A DNA stretch of 64,000 bases from Octopus sinensis (lineage: Eukaryota): NCBI RefSeq assembly GCF_006345805.1, contig NC_042997.1, positions 82,212,001-82,276,000 on the forward strand, written 5' to 3'. Within the stretch, counting starts at the first letter, position 1; each line of letters begins with the position of its first letter. The notes under the pieces are model-generated. The model did no database searches and was not told the origin of the DNA. It was given only the letters and a program-made list of their open reading frames with translations. The translations under genes and the position numbers were made by a program. Shown one piece after another: positions 35,688 to 49,200 of the stretch.

Positions 35688-37520
35688 TTGTTGTATTTCG
35701 GGATGGTAATTCTTTTGCCAAATAAACACACGCACTATATATTTTTTCTTCACTCGTTTATTACTTTTCTTATTTTATTATTTTAACTCCTGTCCATTGT
35801 CCGGAAAGTTTTCGTCACATAACTGTGACCTCTTCAGCGACACTTTTCGTTTTCGGATGTGTTCTTGCTCCACTTACTCTATTCTGTTTTTATAAGGTCT
35901 GTATTCTTCTGTGCCCATGCGTTTGTGTCCTTGTTTGTGTGTGAGCGTGTGTGTGCTTGTGTGTGTATGTTTGTGTGTATGCTTGTGTGTGTGTATCATA
36001 GTTTTTAGTAGCAGTGTGGCCTTCACCTCAGCCCATCCTCTCCCCATTGTGCTGTTGCTGTCCCAAGACCCTCCAAAATATATAGCAAAAATAAATATGG
36101 TACAGTTCCTGTATTTCTCTGTGTACGTTTGTTCGCCCACGGTGTTGCCATTGTGGTTGTTGTTATTGTAATCGTTGTCATGGCCGCTGCTACTGTCGTT
36201 GTTGTGTTGTTGTCATTATTATGGCCGTCCATGAAATTTCTTGTGTGTGTTTGTATGTGTGAATCGGTTCGCTTTATATGTTGTATATATCCATGCCCTT
36301 TATATAGTTTCATTCATTTATTTTATCTATCTCTATGTCTTATACCTACAACTACCTACATTGGAGAGACTGTACGCAGCATAGTAGAGCGTATAGGTGA
36401 CATTAGCGAGAGCTCAAAGAAGGGAAAAGCTCGTCAGTGTTTTACCAACATGCTCAGGCAGAACATGGAGGCTCGATTAATAAAATAGAGGTTAAAGTAC
36501 TATCGACACATAGAAGTGACATGACATTTAGACAGATCACAGAGGCTACACACATAACAGTAGACAGACCGAGCCTCAATAGAAAACATGAGTGGAACAG
36601 TAACACCCACTACCGCCACACCACACCACAACACATGACTAAAGACAAAAGGGATGCGAAGTGAGAGGGAAAAATCGTAAATAATACACAGAAACACAGG
36701 GTAATACACACACAATAGATATTTATGCACTTACCTGTGATATGAGAAATGGAGATAGATGTATAAAATAAGTAAATATATAAATAGATAAATAAATATA
36801 TAAATATATTTGTCACATACCTGTGATAAATATAAGACATAGAGATAGATAAAATGAATAAATGAAACTATATAAAGGGTATGGATACATATAACATATG
36901 AAGTGAACCCATACACACACACAAACATACACAAGAAATTTCATGGACGGCTATAATAATAACGACAACAAAATTAACAGCGACATTCAGCAGCGGCCAA
37001 CACAATGTTGGCAGTAACAACAACAGCCACGAAGGCAACACCGTGGGCGAACACACGTACACAGAAGTATACAGGAACTGTACCATATGAATGAAGAAAA
37101 ATATATATATATTGGGGTCTTAGGACAGCAACAGCACAATGGGGGTGGGGATGGGGTTGAGGGGAAGGCCACGCTACTGCTAAAAACTATGATACGCACA
37201 CAATCATGCACACACACACACTCACACACACACACACAACCACACGCACGCACAAACAAACAAACAAACAAACAAGGACACAAACGCACGCGTACATAAA
37301 GATACAGACCTTAGAAGAACAGAATAGAGTAAGTGGAGCAAGAAGACATCCGAAAACGAAAAATGTCGCTGAAGAGGTCACAGTTGTGTGACGAAAAATT
37401 TCCGGACAATGGACATGAGTTAAAATAATAAAATAAGAACAGTAATAAACGAATGAAGAAAAATATATATAGTGGTGTGTTTATTTGGCCAAAAAAACAA
37501 AAACATCCCGAAATACAACA
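35688..37520. mobile_element. Truncated Penelope-like element (+) with an inverted 5' pseudo-LTR
   Basis: Arms at ~35688-36345 (minus) and ~36800-37520 (plus) flank a GIY-YIG C-terminal fragment (YIGET.R..ERI; RQITEA..I..DRPSLNRK.EW). Minimal hammerheads at 35798-35842 (-) and 37364-37408 (+). Confidence 0.8.
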
Positions 37521-37574
37521 ATATCTGTTTCAAAACACGACTTCACATCAGGAAACTTGCAAAACGAATTAACA

Positions 37575-39790
<2,216 letters not shown>

Positions 39791-40539
39791 TATATAGATA
39801 TATAGATATATTGGATGGAGGCGATGTACTCAAAGTATGATACATAAATGGCTATTTTAATCTAATGTTATTTTTGTCGCTCACACATGCTTGTGTGTGT
39901 GTGTATGGATATATATATATATATACACATTTATATATAAATATATATGTATATGTATGCATGTATGTATGTGTGTATGTATGTATGTATGTATACATGT
40001 AAAAAAATTCTTACGTCACAGAAAAATTTTGACATAATGTGGAATTCCGTAACGCAGAGTTGAAACGCTGTTTCATTTTTTCACCATAGAACTTCCATCA
40101 TATCACTACCAAGTTTGCCATCACCCCTTCCTTCTTTATTCATGTATCTCCCCTTCCTTTCTCATTCATATGTTGTGACGGAGAAAAACGGAAGATAAAC
40201 GACGCACTCTTTGCCACTTCCTTTCTTTCATTGCTATTACATTCTCACTTATTTTCATGTAAGATCCGTCGCGATGGATCTTTAGATAAAAACAAACAAG
40301 CAAAAAACCAATAACAAAACAAACACGACCACATTTATGCATGAAAATTATTTCTAAGCATGCACAGTATAATAAGTATACAAAAAAATATTTGAAGAGA
40401 AATACGTTAGGTAATTAATAAGTACCGTAACAGGGCAAGTTCTTACCGCAAAAGATATTGACTATCGTGTGAGAAGTGGTGGTAGAATAAGAGTTTTTGG
40501 GAGGATGAGACACAATATTTTCTATCGTATAGTTTATCA

Positions 40540-41900
40540 GTTGCAGTATCTGCTTGAGGGCCGAAGAATTTATTCAAAATTGTTTGATTTTTATACCGCA
40601 CCATTTCTTTGTACAGTTCTGTGTAGGAACTGAGTTCATTGTAAACTCATCCTGTAATTTTTATGCAGCTTTCATGATTAGGGTCATCAACAAAAACTTC
40701 TTGTAGACATCCCTCCATAAGTACCATGCATTTAATAATATTCTTGGCAGTCAATTTAAGTGAAGATGATGGAATTTCCACATTCTCATCTGTATTCTTT
40801 GTTTGCTCTTATTCTAATAGCATCACCTCCTCTTTAGGTAAGCTTTCTCTATTGGACATTAGCAATTCAACCACATCATCTATAATTTCTTCAAACCCTA
40901 CATCATTTGTGTCACAATATCATTCTGAATTTGATGAAGGCTTGTGAAAAATATATAAAGTCACTGATACAGTCTGGTCATATATTTTTACAAGTACCAT
41001 TCAAATTTGAGCGTTTCACCTATTTCCATGGCTCAAGCTTGTTATCTATAGTATCCATGATATTGAACTTATTTCAAAAATCTCTAACTGTAAATTTATC
41101 CTCTCTGTCAATTACTTTCATAAGTTGTCGAAAGTTCTTAGAAAACCACACCTTGATTTAGTTGCTAGAGTAAACAAATTGCATTCTAGGGGATATATTT
41201 AATTTTCGCATTATCAGAGAGTTTATTTAGTTTCATGTAGCGGTTTGGCTCAGAGTCTAAAAGGATCAATGGTTTACTGGAAATATGTATAGCTCTTTAC
41301 CTTTCTACAGTAGGACAAAAATTATTGATAAACCACTCTTTAAAAAAGGATTTTAGTAATTCACGCCTTCTTATTTGAGCACCACATCAGAGGTAGACGA
41401 AAATTTGCGTAACTCTTGATAAGAATTGTATTTTTTGAGTGATACATGAGAACTTTAGTTTCCTATCGTCAGTGGCATTGCATCCCAGAAGAAGCATCAA
41501 ATAAATTTCAGAAGCTTTAAATTCTGGTGTTGGCTTTTCTTTTCGAGAAATAAAAGTTCTAGCAGGCTTGCTCTTTCAGAAAAGTGTAGTTTCATTAACG
41601 TTGTATACTTGCTCTGGTGTGTAGCTTCGTCAGTAATAATTTTTTTTCAGCTGCTCAGGAAAATTTGTAGCCGCCTTTGCAGCAGCACCCGTCAATTTTA
41701 TGTTGTGAAAATTCTAGGATGTCTTCAACCTTTCAAACCAGTCTTTCCGTGTAAGAAAAAGATTTTCCTTAGAGGTTTCACCTTCCTTTTTGTGCAAGTC
41801 GTCATGCAACTTTTTATGCAAACTTTTGGCTTAAAAGAATTACCATCGTGCTTAGTGATAAATACAGTATCCTGACTCCATTCTTTGATAATATTTTATT
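40540..41900 (-). mobile_element. Tigger/pogo transposase fossil
   Basis: Frame-broken motifs YTPEQVYNV.ETTLF, KPARTFISRKEK, LMLLLGCNAT.D, LPLMWCSNKKA and EWFINNFCPTVER. Confidence 0.75.
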
Positions 41901-42189
41901 ATACGTATATGTGTTATGAATTTTTGGATGCCTAGTGCAGTGGCATCCCGGGGAACATCCCCACCTTTCAATTTGTAGAAACCCACATGCCCACCGTTTG
42001 TGGAAGTGTTTTAAGAGGTAAACCCTTGCATCATTATGATATATATATATATTTAATATACTAGCTGACACCGACCCGTCAAAAAATTGTAGTATTTTAT
42101 ATATAAATGAGGTACAAAATAAGGTACATGATAATCACAGATACAAACATTCACATACTTCCCTTGTACACACATACACACATATATAC

Positions 42190-42620
42190 TCACACAGAGT
42201 TGAAACGCTGTTTCATTTTTTTACCATAGAACCTCCATCATCTCACTACCAAGTTTGCTATCACCCCTTCCTTCTTTATTCATGTATTTCCTATCCCGCC
42301 CACAGATGTACTTCCTATACCACTCATCGCTGATGAGTTCGATAAATTTCTTAAATGTTTTGGTATGTTTATGCAAACATTTTAAGGCCTGTTCCACCCT
42401 GCAATTAAGCAATTTGTGCTTCGATGTGAAGATTTGGTATATTTCTACTATACACAGCTCATATCGACCTCCTCCAGTACGATATGGTTTAGCTGTACTG
42501 ATTATTTTCCACTCTGTTGTATAGCCATGGTTCTTATCTTTAATGGACCAGATTAATTTGCTAAGGCTTATGCTGTTCATCTTATTTCTATCCCTAAATG
42601 AATTTAAATAATTAGCTATT
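42190..42620 (-). mobile_element. PLE 3' end (GIY-YIG C-terminus and UTR); related UTR copy at ~40055-40150
   Basis: SLSKLIWSIKDK...EWKII..AKPY.TGGGR.ELCIVE...LLN.R. Confidence 0.75.
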
Positions 42621-42794
42621 ATTTTTTTTAATTTAGCTGGTCCCTATATAGAAGTACGTCCTTCTCTCAGAAGTGATTTTGCATTTATGCACTAGGTTCT
42701 TCGTCAAACGATTAGAGTTTAAGGGGCATACTTTATTCCTAGCATACAGAAACCTAGTTCCCTATTCCTATTATTTATTGTGTTATAGTTCCTG

Positions 42795-43190
42795 CTACGA
42801 GGTGGTATCAGAAAGTTCCCAGACTAGTTCTGTAGTGCGCCAACAGACGGCAGCACGCGGTTGTGTGCGCAGTGAAAGCTAGCAGTGAGGCAGCGTACCT
42901 AGTGACATCGCTGTGTTTACTTGGCAAGTTGTGAAATTTGTGATTTTGTGATCACATGTATATTGTAGTCAGCGATTTTCTCATGGATAGGAAGTTGGAA
43001 CAAGGCGCTTCAAAAGCAGAACGTCCCTGGAAGATGGTGAGCGATCTGGATGATCTGCCACAAGCATCACCTCCGAAAATGTGGAGAAAACTCACCAGCT
43101 TGTGCATGGAAATCGTCGGAGGACAATCAACGACTTTGCTGATGTCGTTAGTCTGGATGGCACAAGGAATTTTGGAGCTGTGTAAGGTCC
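42795..43190 (+). mobile_element. Mariner 5' fragment
   Basis: TACGAGGTGGTATCAGAAAGTTCC terminus; decayed HTH-region similarity. Confidence 0.55.
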
Positions 43191-43199
43191 ATTGGGGGT

Positions 43200-44204
43200 A
43201 GAAGATGCGCAATAACCTCGCGAAAAGGCATCTACAGCTTTGTTCTCCTTACCCGGTCGATAAACGGCGTCGTATTTGAAACAAGAGAGCTCAATCCTCC
43301 ATAGTAACGTCTTGTCGTTCTTGACTTTACCTTTGTGTTCGTTGTTTAACATGAAAGCCACGAACTGTTAGTCGGTCACTAACAGAAAATGAACACCGAT
43401 AAGGTAGTGCTTCCATTTACGAAGAGCTTCAATGAAGATGTTGTCTTCCTTTTCTACCGAGGAAGGGTTCCGTTCGCTACGAGTGAGCATGCTGGAGAAA
43501 GATACGGGTCATCCATTCTGGTTCAAGGTTGCGGCGATAGCAATTTCAGAAGAATCTGTCTCCACAACCTAAGGTACTTTTCCGATACGATTGTTCGACA
43601 ACAATAGGGAAGGGAAATATTTTATTATGTATCAAGAGTGCGATTTTAACAGAAAATGGGAGATCCTGTGAGAATAAAAAGCAAACAAAGAATGTCTCTT
43701 GTGCTTTGGTATCTTGAGGAGACGGGAGCAGCGGAATCGTTCTAGATCTGGCCTGATTACCCCTTTGGACACTTCGTAACGCATGAGCATGATAGTCCTG
43801 GGGCAACGACTGGTTTTCTTATCGTTGAAGGTAAGTCCGTATGTCTTCGTGACTTGTAGAAATCTTTCAGAATTCTCATCACATTTTCTTCAGGAAGCAG
43901 GGTAACGCTGTCAGCATAGGCGAAAGTATCCTCTAATTTTGTTTGTATGATAAGATCATCAACAATACATTGAAAACAAACCATATCATTTGTGATTCCG
44001 AACGGTATACGACGGAATTGATATAAGTTACCACATGCTTCGAATGCTGTAATTTTTTTTCTCATTTTCGCATATAGGGATCTGATGATAAGCACCCTTG
44101 AGATCTAAAGTAGTGAATATCTCGTAGCAAGATAGTTTCTCAACCAGTTCATCTATCCGCGACACAAGGTAGGCGTCGAGTTGTGTGTACCGTCTCGATA
44201 CACT
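43200..44204 (-). mobile_element. Gypsy/Ty3 pol fragment (RT-RNase H), decayed
   Basis: LDL...YHQIPI, TAFEACGNLYQFRRIPFGITN, KNDK.L.WRIELSCFKYD.VYRPGKEN.A.DAFSR. Confidence 0.85.
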
Positions 44205-45735
44205 ATAGCGGGCTGGTAGAGTTCAAGAGGGGCGACGTCCTAGGAGAAGCTCTGGAGCTCGATGAGGCTAGCTAGCCAACCTGTTTCAAAGAACTTTCGG
44301 GCCGGGGTACCTGGATAACTACCAGAAATCCCTGGCCTGACAGTGCTATATGAGTGCTTTACCCGTTCGGGATAAACTGTCTAGGCATGGAATATCTGTG
44401 CCACCGGCATGCTCAAGGTGCGGGCAGGATGATGAAACCGTTCTGTACGCCCTTGTACAGTGCCCGGAGCTTTCGGGCTTGATAGTTTATGCAGAACACG
44501 TGCTATCGCATCTAGGAAGAGTATAGCTATCGGCTGAGTGCATGATTAAGGTTGCACCGCCACCCGGACTATCAAAGGAAGGTGAGGCATATTTTTATGC
44601 ACAGTTGCAGTATTGAAAACTTGGATGAAAGGAGTCGCGACGGGAATATTCATCTTCGGCACATATTTCCTATATTACTTCAGATATCATCTGAAGAGCA
44701 AGATAGGGCTGGGGAAAAGAGCCTGTCGCGAAGTGTATACGGAAAAAGATGGAAGGAAGTTGAAAGGAAGTTGGGGATGAATGACCCTGCTTAATTCATC
44801 CGCAGTAAAGGCGTACAGTGTAGCCAGTGGACTTCATGACTACACTGTAATGTCCTGTGCTTGTAATGTCCTGTGTTGTTCCCTCTATGTTGTGATATAT
44901 TATTACCATAATAAAGAATTAATCTCTCCCACACTCGTGTTAGGTTCTTCTGGTTGTCGATTATTTGTGTTCATGAGTTCTGAGTCTATTAGATTTAGCA
45001 AACAGTTAAATTTAGATAAGACTAGAATAGAAGGGGCTTTAACTAAGGAATTAAATGATGCCATGGTGTCTGGCTCTGCATCCAGAGTGGCGGCGAAATC
45101 GGTTTTGTACCGACATCTCAAAGCCAAGCACGAAGGGTGTAGGGTCAGAGCTAAACTTCGTGCGGTGAGGAGAAAAAGTATTAACATTGTCGGATAGGCA
45201 TGTCGTGGGGAGAGTCGGAGAGGCAGAGAAGCCTCTATCAAGTCTCTAACGGACGAACAGGGGCATTCGATGGAAGTACAGGAGGAGATGCAAAAGGTTT
45301 TTCACCAACATTTCGCTCGGTTGTTCGGGGAGAGCGACAGGCTGGACCGTGGGGAGCCCCTAAGAGACTTCCTCGCTGGTGGGCCGCGACTCTCGGCACG
45401 GAAGGCGGAATGTTGTGAAGGATCGATTACGGCTACGGAGGTTGAAGAGATGCTGGCTGAGTGCGCCAGGGACAAATAATCGGTGCTGGATGGTCTGCCC
45501 TATGAATTTATTGTAGCATGTCGGACTTGTTCGAGCACTTGCTGGCCTGCGCCTCCACAAACTGGCATGAGAATGGAACGATCCCCAGCTTTATGAGTCG
45601 GGGAGTGGTGACACTGATCAGAAAAGACTCGAGCAAAGGGAATCATACAGTTCTATATTTAAGAGATGAGGAATTATGTACATTATGTACATTATTTACA
45701 TTCGACCGATATTTGTCCTCATCTTTTTTGTTGTT

Positions 45736-45781
45736 AACACAACGTTTCAGCTGATATACTCTTCAGCCTTCTTCAGGTGTC
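45736..45781 (-). ncRNA. Minimal type I hammerhead-like motif
   Basis: Minus strand reads GACAC-CTGAAGA-A-GGCTGA AGAGTATA TCAGCT-GAAAC GT-T-GTGTT. Confidence 0.55.
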
Positions 45782-45828
45782 TTGGGGAAATTTCGAACTT
45801 GGGTTCTCATTCCTAAGGTATTTTTCGA

Positions 45829-45880
<52 letters not shown>

Positions 45881-46155
45881 GCTCAGATCACTGCTTGGAA
45901 TCGAACTCAGAATCTTGGGGTTAGTAGCCCGCGCTCTTAACCACTACGGAAAGAGCAGGACATGCCCTCGTCCGTGAGAAAAAAGCCCACGGGAATATGG
46001 CGTAGTGGTTAAGAGCGCGGGCTACTAACCCCAAGATTCCGAGTTCGATTATAAGCAGTGACCTGAACAACAACAACAACAACAACAACAATAATAATAA
46101 TAACAACATCGAAAAATACCTTAAGAATGAGAACCCAGGTTCGAAATTTCCCCAA

Positions 46156-46201
46156 GATACCTGATGAAGGCTGGAGGGTACATCAACCGAAACGTTGTGT
46201 T
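46156..46201 (+). ncRNA. Minimal type I hammerhead-like motif
   Basis: GATAC-CTGATGA-A-GGCTGG AGGGTACA TCAACC-GAAAC GT-T-GTGTT. Confidence 0.55.
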
Positions 46202-49200
46202 AACAACAAACAAGATGAGGACAAATAGCCGTCAAATGTAAATAATGTACAAGGGGAACCATATTAGTAATTTTAGGCCCATAATTCTACTTAATATAGG
46301 GTTAAAGAGTTTGGCCAACGTACTAGCTAAGGGGTTGGCGCGTGTCGCGGAGGAATTTATTGAGAAGGTGCAGACATACGCCATCCCAGGCAGGTCGATC
46401 CAGGATAATCCCCATCTCCTTCGCTACATCTTAGAGAGGGTGGGTAAGTCATCCGGTAAAGGTGGGGCACTGGTCCATTTAGACCAGAGTAAAGCTTTTG
46501 ATAGGGTAGATCACCAGTATCTGGCAGCAGACCTCGAGGCGACTGGGCTAGGCCCAGATTTCCGTGGTTGGATCACTGCAATTTATGGCGGCATTAAATC
46601 TACAGTCCAGATAAATAGTTACCTGTCGGAGCCGTTTAGTATCGAGCTCTCGGTTTGTCAGGGCCCCCTGTCTCCGCTTCTGTACGTACTGGCTCTTGAG
46701 CCATTGCTGCAGAGGTTGGAGAGTTTGGGGTGTATCCCCAATGAACTAGGATGTGGTAAGTCTGTTTCTGCATATGCGGATGACGTCAACATCACCGTGT
46801 CTAATGAAGCTCAGCTAACTTGTGTAAAGGATGCAAGCAAAGGATACAAGTCGGTGGCAGGGGCAAAAATTAACACGCACAAGTCCATCGGCTTGCGGCT
46901 CGGCACTTGGAGTGGCAAGGCGATACCGTCTAGTGTCGTGGGACACTAGACGGATGGTCTTGTTAAGTTGTTTGGAGTGTGGTTTGGACCGGATTCCCAG
47001 AAGGAGAAGAATTGGAGTGAGGTGGCAAACAGTGAGGCTGCCCTAACCCGGACTTTTTCTGGAAGGGTGCTATCCCTGAAAGGAAGGGTGGAGGTGGTGC
47101 AGGTGCATATTGCATCTGTTATCACCGTCTAAAGGTGGATTAGGGATGCCGTGGCTGATGATGCGCAGGCATGCGCCGAGACTGAGGCACCTCTGTCTCT
47201 ACCTGGAGGGTGACCAGGTATGGAATCCGCTGGCAGAGACGTTCTTTCCGCGACGAGCCTCCTTGGAGGAGTTTACATCCAGTTTCATAAAAGGCGTAAC
47301 CTGACGGAATGGCAAAAATATCGCCGACAAGCCCCCGTGCTAAACCAAAAGGCGGGAAAGGCCGGCAGCGGGGGTACTACATTGATACTCTATAGCGGGC
47401 TGGAAGAGTTCAAGAGGGATGACGTCCTAGGAGAAGCTCTGGAGCTCGATGAGCGCCATCTAGCCAACCAGTTCCAATGAACTTTCGGCCCGGGGTACCT
47501 GGATAACTATTAGAAATCCCTGACCTGACAGTGCTATAGGAGTGCTTTACCCGTTCGGGATAAACTGTCTAGGCATGGAATATCTGTGTCACCGGCATGC
47601 CCAAGGTGCGGGCAGGATGATGAAACCGTTTTGCACGCCCTTGTTCAGTGTCGGAAGCTTTTGGGCTTGATAATTCACGCAGAACACGTGCTATCGCATC
47701 TGAGAATAGTACAGCTATCAGCTGAGTCCATTATTAAGGTTGCATCGCCACCCGGACTATCAAAGGAAGGTAAGACGTGTTTCTTATGCGCAGGTGCAGT
47801 ACTGAGAGAGTGTATATGGAAAACTAGGATGAAAGGTGTCGCGATGGGAACATTCATCTGCGGCCCTGGTTTGATATACTAATTCAGATACCATCTGAAG
47901 AGCAAGATAGGACTGGAGAAAAGACTCCTGTCGCGAAGTGTATACGGGAAAATATCGAAGGATGTAGAAAGGAAGTTGGGGGTGTCTGACCCTGCTAAAT
48001 TTCAACCATAGTAGTACGGTGTAGCCGATGAACTTCACAGGCAAAGTTTTAAAAATTTTTTAAATTATATATATCATCATTAAAACTCATTTATGAACCC
48101 ATGAACACTTTTCGTTTGTGATGTCCTGACCTGTCCACTGTATGTCCGATAATTATTATCATAATGAAGAATATATCTCTACCACACTCGTGTCGGGGTT
48201 TTTTGGTTGTTGCTTATTTGTGTTCGTGAGTTCAAATTTGTTATGTATTTAATGCTTTATTGTTATTGTTGCACTTGTTGGAATTGAACTGTTGTTAATT
48301 TGGTAACAATTATTTTCGCCCTTCGGGGCAGAAAATTCTTAAACTATGAAATATTGTTGTGAAATCGCTAACTTTGCAGGGTAAAAATTATTTTTGTCAA
48401 AAATTATTTTTGTCTAATGTTATTCCTTTTTGAAGGAAGTTGTTTACTGTGAAAATGTTTCCCGTCATGGAGTACAATTTGTTTTCGAATGAAGATTTCT
48501 CGGAGTTGGAAAAGGATAATGAACAATCAACACATGTGCAAAAGGAAAAGCAAAGTTTTCCGGCCGCGGTGGGCGGCAGGATGATAACAATGGAAGTTAC
48601 AATGGCAGAACTCCAAATATTGAAACCGACTATAACAAAAAAAAAATAAAAAAAACAGATAGTGATATAAAACTATTCCCTCCTCAAGAGGTTTTACAGA
48701 ATATTACGGCAAAAACTGTTGTATACAAAACGTTCAATATGAAAGAAAAGAGAATTACGACATATAAAAGTGAGGCCTATCTGGAACAGAATAATTTACG
48801 TCGACTGTGGAAGAGGACATGCCACGGTCGAAGCTCAATTCGCCGATGAAAATACGGCAAGGATTTGTCTACAATGACCTTAAAAAAATGAAGACGTGAT
48901 ATTATTGCCAACGTACTTGAGCAGAAGAAAGGCCAAAATTAAAGTGGAAGAAGTTCCGGCAGGTATCGACGTGATATGGATAGCGGCGGCCTTTACTTAT
49001 GACCTAGAAGAGGAAATAAGAATTCTGCAAATGCAAAAAAGGAAGTAGAAAATTGGGATGGTCAGTCCCTTGAGATGGTGGTTTTAGCCACACCGGAAGT
49101 CCTTGAGGGGCTGCCCGTTAGAGTATTTATAGGCGAGGGGCTAAGCGTAAGGGTCTGTGTAGAAGGACGTAGACCGCGTTGCTTTAAATGAGGCGGGAAG

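Larger units (their letters stand above)
45647..46250. mobile_element. Head-to-head pair of tRNA-headed, microsatellite- and hammerhead-containing SINEs inside a LINE RT
   Basis: Minus copy 45647-45948, plus copy ~45991-46250. A box TGGCGTAGTGG (45998-46008); B boxes at 46041-46050 and 45897-45908 (-). Flanking 13-mers CAAAGGGAATCAT / CAAGGGGAACCAT. Confidence 0.88.

Noticed and set aside
45991-46064. Functional tRNA gene (ACT anticodon)
   Set aside because: No acceptor-stem pairing or T-run terminator, and it is fused to a repeat body; treated as a SINE head.
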